From contig CP120456.1 in NCBI GenBank assembly GCA_034226945.1, forward strand, positions 620,001 to 684,000: 64,000 bases of DNA, written 5' to 3'. The position numbers and the translations under genes are program-made. This DNA is from Picochlorum sp. SENEW3 (taxonomy: Eukaryota). A model generated the notes under the pieces. It ran no database searches. It had not been told where the DNA came from and saw only the letters and a program-made list of their open reading frames with translations. This document shows, one piece after another, positions 49,694-63,241 of this stretch; the stretch's first letter is position 1; the number at the start of each line of letters is the position of its first letter.

Positions 49694-50678
49694 TTACGAC
49701 AGACATGTCATCATAGAAGTTGCTATTTCTAATTTATCCTTGTTGGAGAGATTTGGGTTGTTCTGGAGGCACAGGGCCTTTGCAGAAAGAGAGGGATCAT
49801 CCTTCATCTTGCAAAGAATTTCTTCCCACTGCTTCCCCTCTTCTGAAGCAGTATTGTCCTGCCGAGACTCTACTATCTTTAGGGCTCCCTCTTTGTATCT
49901 TTCAAACTCAGATTCTTCCTGCATAGAAAATGAGCAAAGTCATTCTCTTTCAAAACAGCATTGCAATCAAATTACGCAACATGTGAATCCACGTACAATC
50001 GAATATAAAGCGCATATTTTCTCCTTCATGGAATCCAGCACCTCTTCTGGTGTTTTGTGCACTTCCGGAACCATGCAACGACGAAGACTATACGAATCTA
50101 TAAACTTTTGATTCTTTTGAATCATGTGCATCTGATGAGGCCTCCGAGGCAAAACATTTTCAAACTTTCTCAATGCCCTCTTACGCTCTTCTGTCGTACA
50201 AGAGCCACTTATAAATCTTTGATACTCTTTCTCAGGCATCAAATACTTTAAAAAAGGCAACCTTGATGTATCGATGTAGGTCGATGCAGTCTCCTGCAAA
50301 AAGCAGCAAAACAACTATGAGTAACCTCTCTCAATCCAGGAGAATTGGTATTTTATCGGCCCATACCTGCAGCACTGCTTCTTGATTTTTCGTTAGCTTC
50401 TGCGGATTCGATATCAAATCAAAAAGGAGACTCTCCTGCTGGGCAGGGGCTTGCTCCTTTGTACCGGCACCTCTCCCCTGTCTCCCTTCTCCTCGACGAC
50501 CAGATCGACGACTCCCCTTTGCTTCCCCTCTGAAATCTCTCGTGTAAATTACATGAGGCCATCCGTACCCATCTACCACATCACCACTGCAACGTGTTCC
50601 ACCTGACACAGCCAACCTCGCCGCGCGAGTCTGCCCTGCACAGACCCGGAGGAACACTGTTTCCAGCGAATGAAACAT
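49694..50678 (-). CDS. Hypothetical protein with mitochondrial-presequence-like N-terminus, spliced
   Basis: Three consecutive minus-strand ORFs separated by intron-like gaps. Confidence 0.6.
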
Positions 50679-50964
50679 TTTCAGACAATTAAAACTTCAG
50701 TTCTATCAAAAGAATTCGCTAAAGTTCAATGCGATCTGTTCATCGGATCAAGAAACCCATTGCGCAGGCTGGACCATGAAATGGCCAACCTTGTAGAATT
50801 GGCAGTCGAATGATCCAGATTTGACCGATATCAACCAGAATCCTAAGGCTAGAGCCATTAATAAATATAATTAGACATCTCTTCGTGTTATAGATCTATT
50901 AGCGCTTGTATACGAGGCGAAGGAACTCCTTTTCTTCTTCACATTCGTATCATCTGAAGTCATC

Positions 50965-53900
50965 ATGGCAGAGGAGAAAGACGCCATCTCTTGTGCTTAT
51001 AATTATATACTAACAGCCCATAAACCTACTTCTGTGACTCAGTCTGCGGTAGGATCGTTTACCGGGAGTTCCGACGTGAACTTGATCGTAGCGTACGTTT
51101 GAAATATACTCCTCGGATGGAGCAACGTGATGGATTTCACGAACATATGTTACTTTTTGAATACAGGAAGTCTTCTCGTTTGGAGATTCACAGATTGACA
51201 GAGGAAGGTCTTCAGGTGCGTATGGTTTTGCCGACCTCCTTTCTGTATCCAGCAGGTATTGGGTTCATGCTTGTTCTGCACATGTTGTAGGGATTGATTG
51301 ATGTTCCTCTGTATGGAAGAATTTCTGTGTTGGAGCTTTTCAGACCTGAGAGTTTTGGAAAGGATGTCTTGTTCATTCTGACAGAGAGGTACAAGTTTTG
51401 TGTCTTGGAGTACACAAAGAGTGGAGAACTGCAAACTTTGGCCAACGGTGATCTGTCTGACAAGATTGGTAGACCGTCGGAATCTGGGCACATTGGGATT
51501 ATCGATAAGAAGTGTTCCATGATTGGCTTACATCTATATGATGGGTTTTTCAAGGTTATTCCCATGGATCGTGCTGCCAAATTCGATCAAGCCTTTAATA
51601 TTCGTCTTGATGAATTGAAGGTGATTGATATCAAATTTTTAGATAGTGCAGACGTTCCAACAATAGCTGTCCTTTCTGAAGATACAAAAGAGCAAAGGCA
51701 TGTGAGGACCTACAAATTGCTCATCGATTCAAAGGTGTGTACTGTGTTGTTTCAGTTGTTTTCTAATGAGATGCAAAAAACACATAATTTTTGAAAACAT
51801 GGGTACTGTAGGAAATTGAGCAAGGCCCTTGGATGGAAAATAATGTCGATCGGGGGAGTTCTCTACTCATTCCAACCAGTACGAATGGTGGATGCATAAT
51901 TGTAGGCGAAAACAAGATACAGTACAAGTCATCGGATGGCTCAGCTTCTATCACGATTGCTCCAACCCTCATGAAGGTAGGAAAGATGCCTATACTGACA
52001 TATACTCTGCGATGCATGTCTTGTGTTTGCTGATTTTTTGTTCTGTTGGCGCAGACCTATGCACAGCTTGGAGCTGATGGCTCCAGGTTCTTACTCTCTG
52101 ACTACCTGGGAAATCTCTTCCTTCTTGTTTTAGAGAACAAGGATAACATGTATGTTTCAAGATCTCACTGTCCTTTGTCGCCTTAAGAAGATCAATTACA
52201 GTCATTGTCATGCTGCAGGATGAATTTGAGAATGGAAAAGCTGGGCGAGACAAGCATCCCCTCAAGCCTTTGCTATCTAGATAGTGGAATCGTATTTGTC
52301 GGCAGCTCAATGGGAGATTCTAGCTTGATAAAGCTACATGCTGATAGAATAGAAGGAAGTAATAGTTTTGTGGAACAGATCGACACAATGCCCAACTTGG
52401 GCCCGATCGTGGACTTCTCTGTCATTGACCTGGATCGTCAGGGCCAGGGCCAGATTGTAGCATGCTCTGGAGGAGGTATGAACGGGTCTCTAAGGGTAAT
52501 CAGGAATGGCATCGGTTTCAATCAACAAGCAAGCATCGAGCTGAGTGGTGTAAAAGGTGTTTGGAATATTCCAAGGTGCGGTTGGCTAGAGTCATTTAGA
52601 AGTTTTTGAAGAATGAGGGCACCAACCTCGAGATCAGGATGTACTTTCAGAACATTTGTTCACCCGAGAGACTTTGATTCACTGTGCAGGGATGTGGACG
52701 ATTCCTATATGATTTTGAGTTTCATCGGAGAAACTAGAGTTCTGGGCATGAATATGGAAGAAGAATTAGACGAGATTGAGCTGAATGGAGTGGACATTGT
52801 TTCAACGGTGTGTAGAATTTGAATGAAGCATTGAAGCAAGCACGCGTGCGCACAAGTTTGAATGCGGGTGTATAACAAAGATGTCATGGTATTTAATATG
52901 CAGACTGTTTATTGTTCCAATTTGGAAACTAAAGCTTTTACTCAAGTAACTCCTTCCGAGATTCGAGTGATTTCACAGGACGGATCTTCTTTACTTGCAG
53001 CATGGGCCGTGCCAGAGAATGACAGCATCCTGGCTGCCTCCTCAAATTCTAATATGGTATGTTATTTTTTGCTTCCATCCCTTGTGGCGAAGCCCACGTG
53101 TGTTCAAAAGCGGAGGTTTCCAATTCCGGATTCGTCACATCATGCAGATTGCTGTAGCTCTCAGCTCAAGACAGGTCCATCTCTTCCAATGCTCGGGAAA
53201 AGGTATTACTGAGGCATTCTCTGTTCAGCTGGAAGAGGAAATATCTTGTATCGACTGTTCTGAAGGTCTACTCGCTGTGGGGCTATGGAATATGACAGTC
53301 ATGACATATTCGATCCCATCATTCGAAGAAGTCGAACAAATTTCGCTTGCAGAGGATGTCATGGCCCGAAGGTATGTGTCCCCTACCCCCCTGACCGCTA
53401 TCCTGCGCATATGAATCCGGCAGCGAAACGGAAGGTGATCACGTTTTACAATTGCAGTATACTCGTATCGGACTTTGACGGGAGTAGATATCTGCTTTGC
53501 GGTCTTGGAGATGGATCCCTGTTGAGTTATAACATCGATTCGAGGAACGAAACCAAAGATCGAAGAAAACTCATCTTGGGAACAAAACCAGTCAATTTGC
53601 GATCTTTCAGGTATGCTCCTGAATTTGTTGTCCACATGTACCCCGCACTGCGATTCAACTTCAAGCTTTTTCCTGGTTCCAGGTATCGAGGTGATGCTCA
53701 CGTCTTTGCTGCCTCGGATCGCCCAACGGTCATACACAGCACGAATGGCAAGCTGATGTTCTCGAATCTTAACGAAGGAGAAGTGAATCATATCTCATCG
53801 TTTGGCGCGAAAAGCTACCCTGATACGCTTGTGCTGGTGAAGCCAGACTCTTTGGAAGTAGGAAGCATGGATAGTATTCAGGTGAGTGATTATTCCGAGA

Positions 53901-55198
53901 TCTCCCATCAGTTCTCAATGGATTCCAAGGGACGCTACTGTCTAATTCTTGCTTGTTGCAGAAGTTACACGTTCGCACTGTTCCACTGCACGAGCAGCCC
54001 CGGCGCATAGCTCATATGGCAACGTCCAAGGCAATTTTAGTCACCACGTCGACTTCATTCTTAGGTTGCGACAACGACGAGGGAGATCGTTTGCGATTGC
54101 TAGACGATCAAACTTTTGAAACTCTGGATACGTTCCAACTTCTTCGCGACGAAATGGCATGCTGTGCGGCAGCTGTTCAACTCCAGGATGAGGACAAGGA
54201 ATTTTTTGCTGTGGGGTCTGCATTTGCTCCCAAGTCGGAGCCTGAACCAACAAGTGTAAGTCGTATTGACATTGCGGTACAATGAGTTCAATGGAATGTT
54301 TGACGTGTGAGATCTTTTCTTTTTTCAGGGGCGAATCCGTTTGTTCGCAGTGGTGGAAAATTGCCTCTCTCTTGTATCGCAAGTAGACACCAAAGGCGCT
54401 GTTTACAGTATCGCAACAATGAGAAAATCGCTACTTGCAGGCATCAATAGCAGAATCCAAATGTATCGATGGGAAAAATCTGCTAGTACTCTTGTTCCAA
54501 CGTGTGGTCACTTTGGTCATACAATTGTCCTACAGATTGATGTGTTTGGCGATCTTATTCTCGTCGGAGATCTGATGAAGTCCTTGCAGGTGCACGTCTA
54601 TAGGCCAGACACTGATAAGATCGAACTCTATGCTCGCGATTACCATCCAGTTTGGATGTCTAGTGTGCTTGCGATGAGTAAGTCCTTCTTCCTTGGAGCC
54701 GATAGTGGATATAATATCTTCACTGCGAGGAAAAATGAGGAAGGAGCTAATGACGAGGATCGATGCCGACTTGATATTGTGGGGCAATTTCACGTTGGAG
54801 ACTATATAAACAGATTTCGACGGGGATCTCTGGTTATGAAACTGCCTGATTCAGAAATCTCGAAAGTGCCAACCATATTATATGGTACGATAAACGGGGC
54901 GATAGGGATTATCGCATCGCTCCCGGCCGAACAATATGAAGTCCTAAGCGAATTACAGGAAGTGCTTCGAAATCACATCATGGGCATTGGTGGGCTTAGC
55001 CACGAAGATTGGCGATCTTTCCAAAGTGCCTTCGTGCGTGGAGATACTAGTTCAAAAGGTTTCATCGATGGCGATCTTCTTGAACAGATACTTGACTTGG
55101 ATCGCGTTGAACAAATGAGGATTCTAAAATCTCTGGGTGGCGAAGAGAAAGTAAGCAGAGCATTGCGACTTGTGGAAGATCTTTCTCGTCTGCATTAA
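50965..55198 (+). CDS. DDB1: DNA damage-binding protein 1 (CUL4 adaptor), many introns
   Basis: [49 protein letters not shown]. Confidence 0.97.
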
Positions 55199-55276
55199 TA
55201 GTAGTTATGCTGAAAATGTATGGTGATCCGATAGAAAGACGTGCATATATCATTACATCTTGTAACTCCTGAATAT

Positions 55277-56969
55277 TTACTTTGGCTCCTGACCACCTGC
55301 GCTCATCATTCTTTGATACGCTTTGTTGGCCAAGTCCACTTTGTTAGACCATTCCGCAAAATGTTTCTTGTCGTCCTCGCTCAACACCTTGTGCAAAGGT
55401 TCCACGGCCTCTTCTACGTGGCCGATGTCCATTGTGAAAGGATTGCAGCGATCTATTACTACTCTGCCACATCTGCCTAAACGTGGCTGCCCTTCGTACT
55501 CGTTGAAGGAGCAATCTTGCATTGCGCTTTCTAAATCTGATGGTGATATCCAAGATGGCATGAGTTTTTCCTGCACAGGCAAAGCTGGAGGTGCCAACAG
55601 TGATACAGCATTCATAATTGGCTGTTCTCCGAGCTCCTTTTTCTTCTTTTCCTTCTTTGTTTTGAAGTCCAATAACGTATTTGTTGCTCCTGGTGCAGCT
55701 TCGGGAAGGTCCTCAAAGCCAAGTGGCCTTCTGACACTCTTGCTCTTGGCAGATGTCAGGTATTCGTTCTCAATCTGCAATGATATTGAGGTAACCAAGT
55801 CATAATAAATAAAGGCTGTGTATCTGGTACAAAAATCAAACAGAATACTTGGAAAAAGATTCTCACCATGTCATGCTTGGGTTTTGGCTCTTGCTTCAGT
55901 CGAATTTCGAGTTGCTGCTCATCTACTTTTACATACATTAGATCTCTTTTCTTCCTCTCCCTTCTGACTATCAATTCAAAGAGCTCCATGGCCATCTTGA
56001 TGTTATCAGCGATCATTGTCAATTTGTCGAGGGAATCAGCGTTGTTTTCTCTCCTTCTTCTTGTCTGTGGTCTGTTGGGCCTTTCCCTTGATCTGCAGCC
56101 AGCCACGGTGGTCAATCACTAACATTTAAATTTCATTCATCAATCATCCTTTACCTGAATACTTTGTAAGGGTCTGTATTGTTTTGTGGGGTGGGTGCTT
56201 GAAGTCTACGGAGCAATGGTCTTCCAAGAGCAGATCGTTTTTCTTTCCAATAAGAATAAACAGCTTCCCTGATCGTGTCTCTAGATGGACAGCATTCTTC
56301 AAGCATTTGAAGCGCATCTTGCTTCTGTAAATGATCTGTTGTCGCACATGCTTGTGCAGTACGCCTTTCCGCAGCCGCAGAGCCTACATAATATCAAGTT
56401 GGTTAGCATGATTCTGGTGCCATTGCTATCAGGAAGACGTCACTGACCTTGAAAAGAGAATACTTTATCGGTAGCTTCGGCGTTCATCAAGTCCAACTTC
56501 CATAGCATCATCTCAAGCTTTTCAGGAGACAATCTCTCTTGGCCATCACCATTCAGGGTCGCAAGCCACTCGAAATCTTGTGAATCCAAGTCGTACTCTA
56601 CAAATGTAGGATCTTCGAATCCAACTCCACCTTTGCCCCGAATGTATGTATTTCTACTGTGAAATGTAGGCAAGTAATCCAAAGCATATGATTCCACAGT
56701 GAGAGTAATGGGTGTGGGAATTTCTTTCCCACCTTTTCCATGCTGAACCATTTTGGGCTGCACATACAGTTGGGTGGTCAGGGAGAGAGTACCACGCCAA
56801 ATTACATTCAATCACGACCAACCTTTTCATTCTCCGCGTCCAATGCTTGATGGTTGTGCACTACGTCACGTGCTGGCCCATCAATCGCGTCGAGCAAGCT
56901 CTCATCCCTAACAATTTCTAAAGGCCTCTGAGTGTCGAGTGGCCGGGCACGAAACGTTCTAGTCGCCAT
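55277..56969 (-). CDS. EPL1: Enhancer of polycomb-like (NuA4 subunit), spliced
   Basis: TFRARPLD; EIPTP; VEYDLDSQDFEWL; RPQTRRRRENN; RRERKKR. Confidence 0.9.
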
Positions 56970-57362
56970 GTTTGGAAAGTCAAAAGAAATTTAATTGGTC
57001 AAGAAACGTAACAAAAAATTCAAAATAGAAGCCTGCGTGCGCCTATTACTTGACAGAGCAAACTTTGAGCGGCAGAGAGGATGTCTTCGGCAATACACTT
57101 GAAACAATCCCTATTCGAGTGTAATCCAGAATAATATTATTATTGTTATCTCAGGAAAATTTAATTAGACACGGAGCTAGAAGACACTGGCACATTTGAA
57201 CTGGCGGATCAATGTTTGTGAAAGCAACCTCGAAGGTCAGTGTCGCCTTTCAATGTCTGGTTCCGATGGGACATGACCCATGGGACAAGGCGTTGCATCA
57301 TGTGGAGTGAGAAAATCACTGTTCGTAGTCATTACCGCTCAGTATTTTTACAAATTGGGATG

Positions 57363-59361
57363 TCAGATCTGGGATTCCAGTTGCACAAGCAAACCTTGAA
57401 GACTGGCCTCTGTCTTTGGCGTGAGGGCTCCTACGTTTCTGTAAAATGCGAAGCATTTCTGAATGACTCCAATCAAAGGCCTCAGAGAATCGCTTGATAA
57501 CATACATTTTGCCTGTGCACAAGCTTCTGGATCGTTTACTACTAAAAATCCCAAGAGTATACCAGAATATGCACCGATAATTGATCCCATTGCTTGCCCT
57601 TCACTGTCCCGAAGGCTTTCCAAAGTGACTTCGTTATCATTTGTTGAAGTAATGGGGTCATTTTCTTCTTTTGAGCATAAATTGAACAGCTTAGCTACTA
57701 TTTCTAATATTGTACTCGACACTGTCGATGAATCGCCCCTTTGCAAAGTTATGGCCTTGATCTTGTCCAAAGCAGTCGGTTCTGCTTCAACTATGTTTAT
57801 AAGCACACCAAGGGATGCTGATATCTCATCAATCCACGCTTTGAAGCTATCAAGATTTGTTTCACGTCCTAGTAAGAAGAAATAATAGACATAAATGGTA
57901 TAACGAAAAGAATAACAAAATACAAGTTGTCGATACCATACCTGAGTCAGTACACCCAAACACCAGTCGTGCCAAAGCATTGCACAAGGCCTCGATGCCA
58001 TCTGATTGAAGCAAGGCTTTGCATGCTCCTTCATTTCCCTCCGTTATATTCATCAATAAGCCTAAGAAACCACGATAGCATTCCTTTTTTAGGCCTTCAG
58101 GGCTGAGATTTTGTCCTGATAAGACTTTGACTTGCATCGTGAGCCACTGTACAAAAGGCAATTTTGATAGCAATGGAGGCACTCCAGATTCCACTTCCAA
58201 TCTAGCCAGGTGTTCCTCATTTTCCTGACAAGCAAAACAAGCTTGCTCCAAAATCGAAAGGCACCTGCGAACAGCAATGTCGTCAACTCAGATAGCACAT
58301 CATGACTACTTCTCATCTCATATATTCCTCACCTTTCAAGTTTCCACAATCCTTGAACAGTCTTCATAGTAGGTCTTGGATCATTCAAAGCAAAGCTTTC
58401 TTGCATTGCAATCTTGACGATGATTAACAGGGATCCACTTTTGCTAAGACTCTTCTTCTCTTCTGTTGAGTCACGGTCTTCACTGGGCCGGAGGGAAAAG
58501 GCAAGACATGCCAGACAGATGCAAGCAGGCACTGAAGATATCTCTTTTGGTATTAGTCGACAGATTCTAGGATCTGCCAGAAATTTTCTAACGGATTGAA
58601 CTAAGTGAGATGACCCCGCTACAACTGAGTTGAACTGCAATCATGCCAATCACTCTGTGATCTTCATTCTGTAATCATAACACACACATGAACGATTCAT
58701 ACCATTAAAATTCGATCCAATAAGCCAAGCGCGGGCATATCTTCGAATATTTCCAGGTGGCCACTCACAGTAGACATGCAGAAAATGGAGGCTGTCCCAA
58801 GAGCAAGCTCTGGATGGTCTGCAAATTCTAATTGACCTGCAACACCCCACCACGTGGCTCAACTCTTGGTGATCAAATCAAAGCTAAATACAATCAAAGT
58901 TCAACACCGTACATAGTCGTCGCATTAGATCACCCACAACACCGTCTCTATGAAGCAGTGCCCTCCCCCTCCTGCTACCCAGCAGTTCCACCAAATTTCC
59001 TAGGGATTCTTCTCTCGCAGATTTACTGGTTGATTCGAGCCCATCCAAAGCCCATACCATATCATCATTCAAACGGGCAATCTCTCCGATTTCTTGAGCC
59101 TACATGAATAGACAGAATTAACACATCATTTCAAAGTTGTTCACAGGAATCTGTCCATACCTCGGCAATGGTTGAAGGTGTTTGCGAATACACTTTATTG
59201 GTTGCAGGATTTTCTGTCTTCGGCGTTGAGCTTCGCTTCTTCGATTTGAACGGCGAACTATTTGGACGCCTGCGTCCCAAGAGTTTTTTGACTGTCCTCT
59301 CTCCTGGGCTCTTCTCTTGTTTCGAGGGAGTCTTCCCTCGTCCTGGAGTCTCACCATCCAT
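57363..59361 (-). CDS. WAPL: Wings apart-like cohesin release factor, multi-exon; start uncertain
   Basis: DDMVWALDGL...REESL; LLMNITEGN; AYSGILLGFL; IQKCFAFY. Confidence 0.75.
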
Positions 59362-59742
59362 TACACGGGTATTATCAGAGTGCAAGAACCCTATTGTAGC
59401 GTATTAATTCACTCGGCTCGGTTGTCTTCGCAGACTCTGTAAATGCCCATTCCCGGAATGAAAAGCACGACGAAACGGCAGTCTCAAAATAATTTCTAGC
59501 CGACGACAATCCTTTTTTAATTTTTTTGAAGATTGACAATTCTGTTTCCAGTTGTCGTCCATATCAGGATTGCCAGATCGCAATTTCATCGAGAGGATAC
59601 GCATTTTGAAAGAGTCGTTCAAACGTTCGAGTCAACCCGGGATCATTGGAAACCAAAACGATCTCAGCGCCGATTTGCATTGTCTTTCATAGCATGCTCA
59701 AAATGGATTACACATCGTCTTGCGTTGTTGCGTAAATGAATA

Positions 59743-61103
59743 TTAATTGTTCGAAGCAAACTCAACTCCAGCAGCAATGTTTTTGGTAAGGAGTGGCTTC
59801 ATCTTCTCCAAGCCATCCTGTTCTGCTGGGGAAAGGTCTCCCAATGGGAGGAATTCAGCGATTCCTTCTGGACCCAGGACAACCTGACTGCTAAAGTAAG
59901 GGAGATCAGGGACCATGGTGGACTCAGTATATGTGCACTCAATGACCTTCTCTCCAGCCTTTGCAAGCAGAACAGATTCTGCCATTCTGGCAGCAGCATA
60001 AGCCTGTACGATTCAAAAAAGGGATTATTAGGAATTATCAGCGATATATATCTTTTGGAGAGAATAATATAGTCGCACCATTGAGAGAGTAGCAGATCCA
60101 GCCCCTGCCTTGGCCTCAACAACTTCTGTACCCGCATTTTGAATCCTCGTGGTCAAAGATGCAGCTTCCTCGTCTTCAAATGATACAGAGGGCGTTGTCT
60201 ATAAATATGAAAGAAGAAGTGAAATCCATTCTGAATTTTGAATATGATACAGACGTTGCAGAGCCCATACGCACCTGAGAAAGGAGAGGAAGAATCGTCT
60301 CTCCTGCATGTCCACCAATCACTGGCACATTCACATCCTTTACATCGAGACCTTTGGCTTCCGCGACAAATGTATTTGCTCTCACAATATCCAAGGTCGT
60401 GACGCCCATGATCTTTTTTGGATCGTACACGCCTGCCTTCTTCATCACCTCACAAGTAATTGGGACAGTTGAATTTACTGGATTGGAGATGATATTGACA
60501 ATCGCATTTGGGCAGTATTTGGTGACTCCTTCAGCCAAAGATTTAACGATGCCAGCATTGATGTTGAACAGATCATCGCGAGTCATTCCAGGCTTCCTAG
60601 GGACACCTGCTGGAATGATCACGAGTTCTGCTCCGGTGAGGGCTGCCTCGAGTTCCTCAGGCCCAGTATAGGCAGACACCTGCAATACAAAGACGATAGT
60701 GTCATGCTCCCACAGTTGATTGAGAGTGATCGCTAGCACAACCTACCCTGACAGGAGTGTTGCAGTGAGAAAGGTCAGCTGCAACCCCAGCGACGTTGGC
60801 AATATCATACAGTGCCAAATCGGTAACCATGTTGTTCATCTTAAGCAACATTGACAATGGTTGACCGATGCCACCAGCAGCTCCAAGAACAGCGACTTTG
60901 CTGCAAACAACTGATGGCTGGGTGCGACTGCCTCTGCAGATTGATCTGCGGGAGACGGTGTGATGGACCACTGAAACATCGTTCATTTGAATAGATTTGA
61001 ATCCATGGAAGCGATTGATCTTGGACAGAGACCTTGCGTTGCCTGGACGTCGCCCTGTCACTGGACATCTGACAGCGACTGTTTTGTTCTGACAAGCGAT
61101 CAT
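59743..61103 (-). CDS. MDH: NAD-dependent malate dehydrogenase with long transit peptide (plastid NAD-MDH-like)
   Basis: [47 protein letters not shown]. Confidence 0.96.
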
Positions 61104-61264
61104 TGTTAGGAAATTAAAGTAGACAGTAGATTTAAATGTGCTAAAAAATATAAATCAAAGGTTGATTGATGTAATTTGGCAGTCTCATACGCCCTGATCT
61201 GATCATGATGGGAGGGAACCCTAACCCCCCTCCGCCAGGACCCACAGGCATATTGCTCTCAAAC

Positions 61265-62911
61265 TCAATCAGACTGATGGATGTATGCTTGGTGGAACTT
61301 CTTCCATCTCTCAGTTAGAGCCTGCATATCAGTCTCGGGAGGGAGAATCGTTGTGCGTAAATGCAGGGTCCCCTGCTCTTGACCAAACCCTGAACCAGGT
61401 ACTGTGACGATTCCTGTTTGATCCAACAATGACATACAGTAGTTGAAGTCAGCTGGCTTGCCCGAAGCTTCCGCTTGTTCAAGCAAATATTTTGGCAGCT
61501 GCAAGCGAGGGAACGCGTAGAGAGCTCCCTCAACCCGGTTGCAGGTAACTCCTTCCATGGCATTGAGTGATTCAACAACCAACTTGGCTCTCCTCTTCAG
61601 GCTGTCTAGAATGGCCATCTTTTCCTTATTGTACAGTTCATATGACGCTTCTCCTGGCTTTGGAGGATTCATAACCATGGCAATGCATATTTGACCGTTG
61701 ATGTTTGGACAGAGGTTGATGGAAGCTAGTTTATATAACTGGTCTTTCACCCCCTGGGGGAAATTGACACATTCCATGTATCCTCCTCTCCTGCCACACT
61801 CACCAAAGAATCCTTTGCTGATACTGTTCATAGAAAGCAAGGGAACGGATTTGGCAGCCTCGCCCATTTCCATGACGATACGTTTGAAAGAGAAGAATTC
61901 CTTATCATCTGCATACACATTGCACTGATACACTTCATCAGCAATGAGAACCAAATTCTCCTCTGCACAGAGCTTCACAATCCCTATTTGAGTTTCTCTA
62001 TCCAGTACTTGACCTGTAGGGTTCCCTGGATTGATGACGGCAATAGCTCTTGGGCATTTTCCCGAGTCTCTGGCCTGTTGAATAGTTTGCCTGAGCTTAT
62101 CGACAGTACACTGCCACCCATCCTGTTCTTCAAGGTAATATCCCACCATAGTCCCTCCTGCAGTATCCATATAACAATCATATATAGTATCATTTATACG
62201 GAATGTATTACTTCACACCATACATACCATACAGACTCAAAGTTGCAGAGTACAGGGGATACTGAGGGATGGGCACCAGCACAGCGTCATTCTGGTTCCG
62301 AATAAGAATCCTCATGATATAATTCACAGAAGCGCTGGCACCATCTGTCAACCATATATTGTCAACTTCACATGGGTACCCGTCTCTCTCAGAGATACCT
62401 TTTGCAACATGCTCGCGACAGATCAAGGCACCCTTTGACTCACTGTAAGCCCCAGTACCACCCTTGATGTTGGACAGGTACTCCCTGGCCCTCGCCAACA
62501 CATCGTCAGGGAAGATTTTCTTCGCCTCTTCCTTCTCTAAGAGCTGCATGCACAAATATGACTAAGAGCTCATTTGACGTTGCGCAAAACCCCCGACCCT
62601 GAACCTACCTCAGGATAGTCACAAATCGCCAAAACCTGACGAAAGAAGGAGATTGGTTTCTGTTCAAGAATTTGAGGATTACCTACGCAAATCAAATGCG
62701 ACGATCAGAGGGTGGCACACGCTTGAGTCGAAGTTGAGACCAACGCACCAATGTTACACTGAACAAGGCTCTCGAAGCCAAGATCTTCCCCATTCCGTAA
62801 TTTTTCTCCATGTTGTTGCGCTTTAACGGCAATGGCACCTCGAACAGCATATTCTGCGGCAACGACGTTTGGGTTGATGTTGCTCACGTCGAGAGTAGGA
62901 GTTTTTGACAT
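61265..62911 (-). CDS. Alanine aminotransferase / glutamate-glyoxylate aminotransferase family (class I PLP)
   Basis: EYAVRG; CNIGNPQ; INPGNPTGQ; ADEVYQ; SISKGFFGECGRRGGY; C-terminus IHQSD has no PTS1. Confidence 0.95.
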
Positions 62912-63241
62912 GGTTGTCCTTGTATGTCGATATGTATCTCAGAAAATGTTACGATTGAGTAAACGATAGATTATTAGTAATAGATCTCTATCCATCGCAT
63001 CTGATACTATCCTCTACATTGTAGTAGTAAGATGGAGTACCCTAGTGGTTTGAGACCTCTGATAATTTGCTGAAACCAAACATTCACTTTCCTCGATGGT
63101 GAACCATCGACGACAGTGAACAGTAAAACCTTTGGCGATGGCCCTCAATTTTATGCATTTGATTTACAATATTTAATTCAATTAATCGGGGCTCTGATCG
63201 TCTATCAGAGAGTAGATCAGAGTATAGTAGTATTGATCGAC

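Noticed and set aside
34028..59361. Cohesin cluster (kleisin plus WAPL)
   Set aside because: About 21 kb and many unrelated genes apart; compatible with chance
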